NCBI GenBank assembly: GCA_031401235.1
Contig: JANNRJ010000004.1
Location: 3,311 to 67,310 of the forward strand
DNA length: 64,000 nt
Direction: 5' to 3'
From: Actinomycetota bacterium
GTDB lineage: Bacteria; Actinomycetota; Acidimicrobiia; Acidimicrobiales; Ilumatobacteraceae
The translations under genes were made by a program, and so were the position numbers. Under the pieces are notes generated by a model, which ran no database searches, was not told the origin of the DNA, and saw nothing but the letters and a program-made list of their open reading frames with translations. Below are positions 1 through 8,734 of the stretch, piece by piece (positions within the stretch are counted from its first letter, which is position 1; each line of letters starts with the position of its first letter).

Positions 1-421
1 CCCGTTCCTCACCAACTGCGCGGTGTTCCGGTCGAGGGATGAGATCGGTTATTCCCTTAAATGCGTCCAGCGCATCAGGGGTGAGAAATCGAGATCCAAC
101 CACGACATCTTCATCAGGAAATGCCATCAATGCGCGATGGAAAGCCTCGCCCATCAGCCCTTTGAGCACCGTCTCACGCTTAGTCGTGCGCTTGATGCTC
201 ATCAATCCCAGCAGCACACATGGCGTTCCGCCGATGCGCTCAAGGGTTGAAAATGTGAATCCGTGTAGTTTGCCGTCGATGCGTGCACACGTAAACAGCA
301 CCCAATCTTCCTTGGCTTTAGAAATGACCCCAATTCCAAAGGACCCGCCCATCGAAGCAAGATCATCTAGATCGGTATCGGTTAGAGACGCACAGTCTCG
401 TGTGTCTACCTCAACTGTCAT
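1..421 (-). CDS. hypothetical protein, first 140 codons (ORF continues past the left edge of the window)
   Basis: ATG at 421-419 on the minus strand, with the frame open to position 1. It is absent from the ORF track because it has no stop in the window. The translation MTVEVDTRDCASLTDTDLDDLASMGGSFGIGVISKAKEDWVLFTCARIDGKLHGF... has normal composition. The plus-strand ORFs 23-250 and 39-455 are Ser/Arg/Pro-rich shadows. No family recognised. Confidence 0.45.
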   Translation of the reverse strand, partial: MTVEVDTRDCASLTDTDLDDLASMGGSFGIGVISKAKEDWVLFTCARIDGKLHGFTFSTLERIGGTPCVLLGLMSIKRTTKRETVLKGLMGEAFHRALMAFPDEDVVVGSRFLTPDALDAFKGITDLIPRPEHRAVGEER

Positions 422-490
422 AGACCTACATTCTGCCAGCAAAATAATCGTTTGAGACGAGTTTGACTACTTCGGCATCGCCAAGATTCG

Positions 491-3400
491 CTACTCGATG
501 TAGACGCCGGCTCCAAAGACAACCCGTAATTGACCCATTGCACGGTCGATGCTGACGGTAAATTCTGGACCTAATCGCACAACTTTGTCGCCGGCAAGAT
601 GTAACAAAACAGGCGCGTCTCCCGGATGATCGCTCAAAATGGCTTTTAGTTTTTCGATCAGGTCTTCGGTGAGTGATCGTGCGGCGAGCTTTACATGCAA
701 TACCTCTTGACCTACTTTCAAACCCTCAAGCACAGTGATTTCAGTCGCCATGAAACCAATTCGTGAGTCATCACGTTTGTCGAGACGACCGCGCACGGAG
801 ACGATGAGGTCATCGGCAAGTTGGTGTCCATGTTTTTCTAGGGTCTTTGGAAATACCGTTACCTCGATCGAACTCTGCAAGTCCTCAAGCATAAACGTGG
901 CCATCTGTTCACCCTTTCGGGTGTATTTTCGACCCAATCCATTGATGATTCCTCCGATAGTCAAGAACTTGCCGTCGTCGTTTTCAATTGCTTCAAGGAT
1001 TGAGCAATCCACTCGACGACGTAACGCGCCTTCAATCCCCATAAGTGGATGATCGGACACATACAGACCCAGCATTTCTTTTTCAAACTTCAACTGCTCC
1101 GTTTTGTCGAAATGCAAATCTGGAATGGCTAGCCGCTCGCTGAATCCCATTTGCTGATTGTCTGTCTCACCAAAGAGACTCATCACACCTTGGTCGCGTT
1201 CACGCCGACGTAAAATCGTGGCGTCGATAATTGGTTCGTATACGGCCAACAGGCCTTTTCGGGGATGGCCCAAGTTGTCAAAGGCCCCTGACTTAATCAG
1301 CGATTCAACAGTTCGTTTGTTGAGTACTTGTTCGGGAACTCGCTCGGCAAAATTGTAGAAACTGGTAAATAATCCGTCGGCCTCACGGTTCCGAACGATG
1401 AGGCTTACTAATCCTTCCCCAACATTGCGAATTGCCGATAAACCGAAAGCGATCTCCAACCCGCCATCTGAATCGACGGGCACAAAATTGACCCCGGATT
1501 TGTTTATATCGGGAATCAAAACGGTGATCTTGCTGGCCCTGGCATCGGCCAAATACTCGGCCGCCTTGCTGGCGTCTTTTTTAACGCTGGTGAGCAGGCA
1601 CGCCAAATACTCGACCGGATAATGGGACTTGAAGTATGCGGTTTGATAGGTAATGACGGCATACCCATAGGCGTGACTCTTGACGAAGGCGTAGTCGGCA
1701 AAGTTTTCGATGATGTCGAACAGCTCTTTGCCCAGGTCACGCCCGTATCCGGTTTTTTCACAACCGTTTTCAAAGGTGACACGCTCTTTGACCATCATTT
1801 CCCGAATCTTTTTGCCGCACGCCTTACGCAAGTTGTCGGCCTCAGCCATTGTGTACCCGGCAAATTTCTGGGCCACATGCATAATGCTCTCTTGATAAAT
1901 CATCAAACCGAAAGTGTCAGCCAGAATCTCCTCTGCGTCGGGATGAAAATAATGAGTTGACTTTCGACCGTTCTTGAAATCGGCAAAATCATTGTGCATG
2001 TTCTCGCTCATTGGGCCCGGGCGATAGAGCGCGAGTACGGCGGCAATGTCTTCTAACTTTTCTGGCATTAGTGACCTAAGTAATGCCCGCATCGGTTTGG
2101 ATTCCAATTGGAAAACACCAACGGTGTCACCCGATGCCAACAAAGAATAAGTCGCCTTGTCATCGAGTGGTATCGAGTCAATATCAAAGTTTGGATCACG
2201 CGTAGCGCGCACCATGGCGTTGGTATCAGTAATGACATCGAGATTGCGCAATCCCAAAATGTCCATTTTCAACAGACCAAGTTCATCAACTCCGTGCATA
2301 TCGAACTGAGTAACCACTGGGGCATCTTCCGGGGCCTGACCCTGCTCGGGCTTGCGTTGGACCGGTAAATACTCGGTGAGTGGTTCTTTCGTAATCACCA
2401 TTCCGGCGGCGTGTATACCCACGGATCGTTTGAGACCTTCCAGTCCGCGGGCAACATCCACGATTTTTTTGACATCGGTGTCAGATTCACACAGTGACCG
2501 CAATTCGAGAGCCGCCCTGTACCCGTCGCGATGTTCTTCGCTGTTTTCGAAACAGTATTTCAGCGGCGTATCGCGACCCATCACAAGCGGTGGCATCAAT
2601 TTGGCGATCCTGTCACCAGTAGTGGGTGGATATCCCAACACACGGGCGGCATCACGAACGGCGTTACGCGCCTTGATCGTTCCAAAGGTGATGATTTGGG
2701 CGACGTGATCGCGACCATATTTTTCTGAGGCATAACGGATGATTTGATCGCGGTATCGAGAGTCGAAGTCCATGTCGATATCCGGCATTGATATCCGACT
2801 CGGGTTCAAGAAACGCTCAAAGAGCAAATCAAATTTAATTGGGTCTAAGTCGGTGATGTGCAAGCAGTAAGCCACGGCACATCCCGCCGCTGATCCGCGT
2901 CCAGGGCCAACTCGTATTCCATGCTCGCGGGCGTAGCGAATTAGATCCCAGACGATGAGAAAGTACGAACTGAATCCCATGTCGGCAATCGTCTTCAGTT
3001 CATAAGCCAGGCGCTCAACAATTGGCTTCGGTTGAATCTTCCCCCAGCGCTGTTCGGCTCCCTGCAAAGTGAGCTGTCGGAGGTACTCCCCTTCATTGGC
3101 GAAACCCTGTGGAATCTGAAAATCGGGCAACACTGGTTTGCCGAATTCAATCGTTACGTGGGCGCGTTCGGCGATCGCCAGACTGTTGTCACATGCTTCC
3201 GGCACATCTCGGAATAACCACCGCATTTCCTCGGCGGTTTTGAGATAATGCTCCTCGCCCTCAAACTTGAAACGATTCGGATCAGAAATTGTGCAGCCGG
3301 TTTGCACGCACAGCAGCGCATCGTGAGCGGTGTGATCTTCGCGACGGGTGTAGTGAGTGTCATTGGTGGCAATGAGCGGAGCGCCTATTGCTCTGGACAA

Positions 3401-4018
3401 TTCAATTAATTGGGGATTGGTTCGCTGTTGATCGGCGATGCCATGATCTTGAATTTCAATGAAGAAGTTCTCCTTGCCGAAAATATCTTGAAATCGGCCA
3501 GCCAGTCGTAACGCGCCAGCTTCGTCACCGCGCAACAGCGATTGCAATACATGTCCCCCTAAACAACCACTCGTGGCAATGATTCCTTCGTGATGTCGCT
3601 CCAAAAGTTCCCAATCAATGCGCGGCTTGTAGTAGTAACCCTCCAGAAACGCCAAACTCGACAACTGAATGAGATTTCGATAGCCCACATTTGACTCCGC
3701 GAGCAACGTGAGGTGGTAATACAATTTCTTTCCACCTTCAGTTTCTCCGCCCGAGTCATCCATTCGCCCACGCCGCGCCGGTCGCTCCGATCGATGTTCG
3801 TTGGCCATGTAGGCCTCCATACCGATGATCGGTTTGATGCCTTGGTTATTGCATGCTTTGTAGAAATCGAGAACGCCATACATGTTGCCGTGATCAGTCA
3901 TGCCAAGAGCACTTTGACCGTCGGCCACCGCCTTGGCCACCAGATCATCTACACGCGATGCGCCGTCCAACATGGAGAACTCTGTATGAACATGTAAATG
4001 GGTAAATGAATCCCCCAC
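491..4018 (-). CDS. dnaE: DNA polymerase III alpha subunit
   Basis: 1175 aa. N-terminal PHP motif FTHLHVHTEFSMLDGA, GPGRGSAAG, and the OB-fold tail typical of DnaE1. GTG start at 4018 is preceded by GGAGG with a 6-nt spacer. Confidence 0.97.
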   Translation of the reverse strand: MGDSFTHLHVHTEFSMLDGASRVDDLVAKAVADGQSALGMTDHGNMYGVLDFYKACNNQGIKPIIGMEAYMANEHRSERPARRGRMDDSGGETEGGKKLYYHLTLLAESNVGYRNLIQLSSLAFLEGYYYKPRIDWELLERHHEGIIATSGCLGGHVLQSLLRGDEAGALRLAGRFQDIFGKENFFIEIQDHGIADQQRTNPQLIELSRAIGAPLIATNDTHYTRREDHTAHDALLCVQTGCTISDPNRFKFEGEEHYLKTAEEMRWLFRDVPEACDNSLAIAERAHVTIEFGKPVLPDFQIPQGFANEGEYLRQLTLQGAEQRWGKIQPKPIVERLAYELKTIADMGFSSYFLIVWDLIRYAREHGIRVGPGRGSAAGCAVAYCLHITDLDPIKFDLLFERFLNPSRISMPDIDMDFDSRYRDQIIRYASEKYGRDHVAQIITFGTIKARNAVRDAARVLGYPPTTGDRIAKLMPPLVMGRDTPLKYCFENSEEHRDGYRAALELRSLCESDTDVKKIVDVARGLEGLKRSVGIHAAGMVITKEPLTEYLPVQRKPEQGQAPEDAPVVTQFDMHGVDELGLLKMDILGLRNLDVITDTNAMVRATRDPNFDIDSIPLDDKATYSLLASGDTVGVFQLESKPMRALLRSLMPEKLEDIAAVLALYRPGPMSENMHNDFADFKNGRKSTHYFHPDAEEILADTFGLMIYQESIMHVAQKFAGYTMAEADNLRKACGKKIREMMVKERVTFENGCEKTGYGRDLGKELFDIIENFADYAFVKSHAYGYAVITYQTAYFKSHYPVEYLACLLTSVKKDASKAAEYLADARASKITVLIPDINKSGVNFVPVDSDGGLEIAFGLSAIRNVGEGLVSLIVRNREADGLFTSFYNFAERVPEQVLNKRTVESLIKSGAFDNLGHPRKGLLAVYEPIIDATILRRRERDQGVMSLFGETDNQQMGFSERLAIPDLHFDKTEQLKFEKEMLGLYVSDHPLMGIEGALRRRVDCSILEAIENDDGKFLTIGGIINGLGRKYTRKGEQMATFMLEDLQSSIEVTVFPKTLEKHGHQLADDLIVSVRGRLDKRDDSRIGFMATEITVLEGLKVGQEVLHVKLAARSLTEDLIEKLKAILSDHPGDAPVLLHLAGDKVVRLGPEFTVSIDRAMGQLRVVFGAGVYIE

Positions 4019-4101
4019 AGAGAGCCTCCTTGATCATGTTCTGGCGCTGATCGCGCGTGTGGAGTGGGGACGTTACCAGTGGCGTCACAGGCGCGCGTGG
4101 A

Positions 4102-4587
4102 TCACAAATATGTTCCCGGACGTTCCGTCGGCTGCTGGTCGGCAGGTGCACTTGGCAATTGGCGCAATTGTTCGAGTTGTTGGCGGGCAGCCAATTGTTG
4201 GGCAAAAAGTGTCGCTTGGATGCCGTGAAAAAGCCCCTCCAACCAACCCACCAATTGGGCCTTGGCAATGCGCAGTTCGCTATCGCTTGGTACTACCCCG
4301 TCACGAAATGGAAGTGCAATCATGCGCAATTCATCGGCCAAATCAGGTGACAAGGCTTCAGTGAGTTCAACAATTGATCGCTCATAAATTTCGGCCAAGC
4401 GCTCACGACTCGGTGCATCCAATTTCATCGAATGCACTTCTTCAAGCAATTGCTTGATCATTGAGCCAATTCGCATCACCTTGGCCGGAGACGTGACAGT
4501 TTCTTCGGCTGGAGTATCCGAAATTGCTTCTGGACCGACAATCGCGGAGGGCTTAATGATTTCCACTGAATCGCTATTTGAAGTCAT
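4102..4587 (-). CDS. bpa: bacterial proteasome activator (Bpa/PafE family)
   Basis: PAKVMRIGSMIKQLLEEV and VPSDSELRIAKAQLVGWLEGLFHGIQATLFAQQ closely match my memory of M. tuberculosis Bpa. The C-terminus is ...GTYL, against the canonical GQYL. Confidence 0.85.
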   Translation of the reverse strand: MTSNSDSVEIIKPSAIVGPEAISDTPAEETVTSPAKVMRIGSMIKQLLEEVHSMKLDAPSRERLAEIYERSIVELTEALSPDLADELRMIALPFRDGVVPSDSELRIAKAQLVGWLEGLFHGIQATLFAQQLAARQQLEQLRQLPSAPADQQPTERPGTYL

Positions 4588-4602
4588 ATTGCACCCATTA
4601 TC

Positions 4603-5751
4603 TCAGTTCTCGACTCCAAGTGCCAATAGCGGCACGTCCAATTCATCATCAGTAAGTGCACCATGGCGACAAATTAGCGGGAACGGACCGCTGTCGGCGC
4701 TGTCATCAAAACTCGTCGGCGCATGGGCGATTAGTGCCACGTCGCCGAGCCGCTGTCGAGCGGCATCTGACACTCGTGGACCAAACCATCCGCCGTCAAT
4801 GAGCTCGTCACGCCGCATAACCCAGGCCGCATCGCCATGGTGTTCATGAGCCGTTGTCCACAATTCATCGACGGCTCCAGGACGGGTATGTAACCAGCGA
4901 AACCGACCTTCACCAGATTGAAACGAGGTGAGTGCATCTACATCGGCATGCAATTTGGTGGTGTTCGTTCCAACTTCAACCTGGCCGTGATCGGCGGTGA
5001 TTAAGAGAATCGAGCCGGGCACGAGAACGGAAGCAATGTCAGCCACAAGTCGATCGGCGTGACGAAGTTCGGCATCGTAATACTCGCCAAAGCCTCGTTC
5101 ATGAGCAATCTTGTCGACACCGTCGTAGTAGGCGTAAATAAACGAGTGTCCGTGGTTGAGCAGATCCCGTACTTGGACCGCAATGCTCGATGTGCTTCGC
5201 CATCCACAAGCTCGCGCGCCGCGAAGATGTGCTTCGGTAAATGCCGAACCTTCAAGTTCAGATTTACTCAACACCGGAACCACAGCGCCCATGAATGGCG
5301 GGCATGGCTGAATGACGTCGGGAGGATACATCCGTCGCAAATCGCCCTTTTCATCTCCCCAACGAAGCATTTGCATGACCCGACCACCCATGTTCATTCG
5401 ATAGCCAACTAGCCCGTGCTCACCTGGGGCCAGGCCCGTGGTAATCGAAGTGAGCGCTGACACGGTAGTTGAAGGCGCAATTGTCGTTATCGAGCCTCCG
5501 CTCATTGACGCCAAGGTCGGACATATTGAAACTCTTTGTTGCAACTGGTTCCACCCCAGACCATCCAAAATAAGCAAAACAACTTGACGGGACCCAAGAA
5601 CCTCCTTTGGCATCCAGTCAGGTATCTCCGCTGTTCCGCGGGGACCCAAGATCACGGGAATGATGTTCGACACACATCCGCCGGAATAGTCAGGAATGCG
5701 TGGCTGAGAACCGCTCGGTGGCACCGAGAGATGCGTCATATGGCCGACCAA
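4603..5751 (-). CDS. alkaline phosphatase / nucleotide pyrophosphatase-phosphodiesterase superfamily protein
   Basis: 382 aa with the metal-site motifs LILDGLGW and ITADHGQ typical of the AlkP/NPP superfamily. The start is ambiguous (5751 or ATG at 5739). Confidence 0.7.
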   Translation of the reverse strand: MVGHMTHLSVPPSGSQPRIPDYSGGCVSNIIPVILGPRGTAEIPDWMPKEVLGSRQVVLLILDGLGWNQLQQRVSICPTLASMSGGSITTIAPSTTVSALTSITTGLAPGEHGLVGYRMNMGGRVMQMLRWGDEKGDLRRMYPPDVIQPCPPFMGAVVPVLSKSELEGSAFTEAHLRGARACGWRSTSSIAVQVRDLLNHGHSFIYAYYDGVDKIAHERGFGEYYDAELRHADRLVADIASVLVPGSILLITADHGQVEVGTNTTKLHADVDALTSFQSGEGRFRWLHTRPGAVDELWTTAHEHHGDAAWVMRRDELIDGGWFGPRVSDAARQRLGDVALIAHAPTSFDDSADSGPFPLICRHGALTDDELDVPLLALGVEN

Positions 5752-5777
5752 TCCATTGTCCGATCTACACTAGGTGC

Positions 5778-6224
5778 GTGCGTGTATCTACTCGAGGCGA
5801 TTACGCGTGTCGCGCTCTGTTGTCGCTCACGTTGCACGGCGACGAACCCGGTCCAACATCGGTGCGGGATATTGCTACGCGTACTGCATTGCCTCAGCCC
5901 TATCTCGAACAAATCCTGCTGGCCCTGAAGGGAGCAGGTCTCGTCAAGTCCAAGCGTGGTGTTGGGGGCGGTTATGTATTGGCCCGCTCTCCCCAAGATA
6001 TTCGGCTCTCGGAAATTGTCGCTGCCGTGGACGGTCCAATTGCTCTTGGCGATTTTGGTCAGCCCCATCAAGATGGGGCTTGCGACCACGAGGGACATTG
6101 CGTGCTTCTGGCGATTTGGAATGTGGCCGGCGAACACATGCGTACTCATCTGGCCGACTACACCCTGGCCAACATCGCCGAAGCTGCTCGCGGAAGTGCT
6201 CCGTGGCCGGCTGCCACTCATTGA
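5778..6224 (+). CDS. Rrf2 family transcriptional regulator
   Basis: The GTG at 5778 gives MRVSTRGDYACRALLSL..., a typical Rrf2 N-terminus, with wHTH VRDIATRTALPQPYLEQILLALKGAGLVKSKRGVGGGY. The track ORF begins at 5700, but that extension overlaps the divergent upstream gene. Confidence 0.8.
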   Translation: MRVSTRGDYACRALLSLTLHGDEPGPTSVRDIATRTALPQPYLEQILLALKGAGLVKSKRGVGGGYVLARSPQDIRLSEIVAAVDGPIALGDFGQPHQDGACDHEGHCVLLAIWNVAGEHMRTHLADYTLANIAEAARGSAPWPAATH

Positions 6225-6234
6225 TGCGACTTTC

Positions 6235-7149
6235 TCATTGACATTTTGCAATGATGTCGGACATATCGTCTGGCACTTCGGCAACAAAATTCATTTCCTC
6301 ATCGCTGACTGGATGTCTGAACCCGAGATTTGCCGCGTGCAGTAACGGACGCGGAGACGAAAGCGAGCTGCGTGCACCCCCATACGTCGGATCACCGACT
6401 ACGGGATGACCAATCGATGCCAGATGAACCCTAATTTGATGGGTGCGTCCAGTATCCAGTTCGCATTCGACCAGTGCCGTAGCCATTGGTTTAGTGAATG
6501 TCTGGCGAACTTCGTAGCGAGTTCGCGCAAATCGACCGTCGACGACCACTGACATCTTGGTCGGGTCGCGGTGATCGCGACCAATGGGAGCATCAATGAC
6601 ACCCACAGCCACGGATGGGTGTCCCCACACCAAGGCCACATATCTCCGTGACACGCGACGTTCAGATAATGCCAAGACCAAGGTTTGATAAGCCCGTTGA
6701 CTCCGCGCCAACAGCATTAGTCCCGATGTTCCGGCATCAAGTCGATGCACCACACCAGGACGCAAAGGGTCGCCGACCGTCGCCATTTCTGGGAACAAGA
6801 CCAGCGCACCATTGACCAATGTTCGTGTCGGATTTCCGGCACCTGGGTGAACAACAATGCCAGGAGCTTTATTGACCACGATGACATCGTCATCTGCGTA
6901 GACGACGCTGATATTGATTGATGGGTCAGCGAGCGGCAGTTCCTTGGTCGGCAACAAAGACGTGTCGACACCGATACTTTGACCTTCCTGAACTTTGATC
7001 TTGCCAGCGGTAACCACGGCACCATCGAGAGTCACACCGCCTGCACTAATAAGAGACGCAGTTGCACTTCGACTTACATCAGCAATGAGAGATACGACGC
7101 GATCGATGCGCTGATCATGCAATGCACTGGGGATCGTTTCGGAAATCAT
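6235..7149 (-). CDS. rluD: RluA-family 23S rRNA pseudouridine synthase (RluD-like)
   Basis: N-terminal S4-like segment, catalytic HRLDAGTSGL motif and RTHQIRVHL motif. Sits downstream of lspA with a 4-nt overlap, the usual actinobacterial arrangement. Confidence 0.85.
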   Translation of the reverse strand: MISETIPSALHDQRIDRVVSLIADVSRSATASLISAGGVTLDGAVVTAGKIKVQEGQSIGVDTSLLPTKELPLADPSINISVVYADDDVIVVNKAPGIVVHPGAGNPTRTLVNGALVLFPEMATVGDPLRPGVVHRLDAGTSGLMLLARSQRAYQTLVLALSERRVSRRYVALVWGHPSVAVGVIDAPIGRDHRDPTKMSVVVDGRFARTRYEVRQTFTKPMATALVECELDTGRTHQIRVHLASIGHPVVGDPTYGGARSSLSSPRPLLHAANLGFRHPVSDEEMNFVAEVPDDMSDIIAKCQ

Positions 7150-7670
7150 GACGGCTCACCTGCACTTAACTTTCGTGGAGTTCGAGAAACACCAAACAAC
7201 ATCATCGCAGCGCCGATCATCACACACATATCAGCCACGTTGAAAATGGGCCACCACTGAAAATCAATGAAGTCAATTACCGATCCGCGGAGCCAAGCAT
7301 CACCACGTGACAGTCGGTCGATGATGTTGCCAATAGCGCCACCAACAATCAGACCGGTCGCTAGCAATGTCATGGTGTTGGTCACCCGACGAAGCGAAAA
7401 TACCAATAAAACAACAACGAGAACCGCAATAACTCCTATAACTGGGCCAAGCCCAGATCCTTTGGAAAATGCCATACCCGAGTTGTACGTGAGGTTGAAT
7501 TGCAGAGTCCAAATAATATGGATCCGGCGATCATTGGTAAGAGAATTTACCGCCCAATACTTTGTGAGCTGGTCAATAACAATAACAATCGCGGCGATGA
7601 CAAATCCAACAGCGTAAGTTTGTCGTCGCGACTTCGGACGAAGATGGCCGGTCAGTGGCCCATCGGTCAT
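7146..7670 (-). CDS. lspA: lipoprotein signal peptidase II
   Basis: 174 aa, four hydrophobic helices, conserved NSGMAFS and FNVAD motifs. Confidence 0.9.
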   Translation of the reverse strand: MTDGPLTGHLRPKSRRQTYAVGFVIAAIVIVIDQLTKYWAVNSLTNDRRIHIIWTLQFNLTYNSGMAFSKGSGLGPVIGVIAVLVVVLLVFSLRRVTNTMTLLATGLIVGGAIGNIIDRLSRGDAWLRGSVIDFIDFQWWPIFNVADMCVMIGAAMMLFGVSRTPRKLSAGEPS

Positions 7671-8674
7671 CGATTACCAATTCCGCCAACGCGCTCCAGC
7701 ACCGATTCTGTCGTCCACGGAAGTGCCTTCAGACGTTCGCGCGCAATTGGCAGACCCGAGTGCACCGAGTATCCGTATTCGCCAGTGCGAATGCGAATCA
7801 GAGCCGCATCGATTTCTTCCACTGTTTGTCGCGCTTGGGCCGACAGGGTGAGATCACGCTCTCGTTCCACAACCATCGTGTCGCCTTCGCCGCCCTCTTC
7901 ATCGAATTGCACATCGCCCATCTCAACATCTTGGATTAATGCGTGCGCTTCATCTTCGAGGCGATTGGCTTGACCAAGCAATTTGGTACGGGCTTCGAGC
8001 AGCGCATCTCGCTGCGAACCAAGAAATCTAAGGTCGAACTCTTTGGTTGCTTGAATACCGTCGAGAAGTGTCGTCTTGACTATTGCTGGTCGTGGTGGTG
8101 GAACCGGCTTTCGCTTGGCCTTTAGAGCAGCTTCGCGAGCCGCAATTTGTGCATCAGCCTTGGCCTTGCGCGCGGCATCACGGGCAGCCGCGCTAGCGGC
8201 TCGGGCGGCATCTTTGGCTTCTCGTGCCGCCTTTCGTTCTATTTCGAGGCGCGCTTTGACTTTGACTTTTTCTTTAGCGGCTAGCGCAGCAGCCTTCGTC
8301 TTTGTCGCTTGGTCGCGCTTACGTTGAGCGGCCAATATTTTTCGTGATTGGTCTAGTTTGCGCTTGGCCAACTTTCGCTCGGCTTCGGCCGCCTTACGAA
8401 TTGACAATTTCTTGGCCAACTCAATTTTCTTCTTCCTGGCCAAGATCAGTTTCTGCTTTTTGGCCAATGCTGCTTTCTTCTTGACCAACGCGACATTCTT
8501 GGCGGCGATCTTTTTCTTGGCTAGAGCGACTTTCTTTGCCGCAACCTGCTTTTTGGCCAATGCGGTCTTCTTTTTAACTTGGGCAGCCTTCTTATTCTTC
8601 GCTTGGGCAGCCTTCTTTTTGGCTATGACTGCCTTTTTCTTGGCGGCTTTTCTTTGGGCAATTGATGTCGCCAT
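7667..8674 (-). CDS. DdbA-like protein: N-terminal Lys/Ala-rich histone-H1-like domain fused to a C-terminal DksA/TraR-like domain
   Basis: Residues 1 to ~190 are AKKK/ALAKKK-type repeats. The C-terminal ~120 aa has a DksA-like coiled coil and the remnant GEYGYSVHSGLPIARERLKALPWTTESV. Its position between ileS and lspA matches Streptomyces ddbA. GAGG lies upstream of the ATG. Confidence 0.6.
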   Translation of the reverse strand: MATSIAQRKAAKKKAVIAKKKAAQAKNKKAAQVKKKTALAKKQVAAKKVALAKKKIAAKNVALVKKKAALAKKQKLILARKKKIELAKKLSIRKAAEAERKLAKRKLDQSRKILAAQRKRDQATKTKAAALAAKEKVKVKARLEIERKAAREAKDAARAASAAARDAARKAKADAQIAAREAALKAKRKPVPPPRPAIVKTTLLDGIQATKEFDLRFLGSQRDALLEARTKLLGQANRLEDEAHALIQDVEMGDVQFDEEGGEGDTMVVERERDLTLSAQARQTVEEIDAALIRIRTGEYGYSVHSGLPIARERLKALPWTTESVLERVGGIGNR

Positions 8675-8734
8675 ATCTACCTCACATTGATGTTTCGGAT
8701 GAAAACCAGCAAATTGATTGCAACTACAAGCGCA

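Noticed and set aside
5736-6287. 183-aa minus-strand ORF and 155-aa plus-strand ORF (5774-6241) overlapping the Rrf2 gene
   Set aside because: The Rrf2 frame has clear family motifs. The alternatives are Arg/Ser-rich with no recognisable domain.
8076-8690. Plus-strand ORFs 8076-8327, 8302-8484 and 8358-8690, encoding Ala/Phe/Leu-rich proteins
   Set aside because: They are antisense shadows of the Lys/Ala-repeat region of the ddbA-like gene. Low-complexity repeats keep several frames open. There is no independent start or RBS support.
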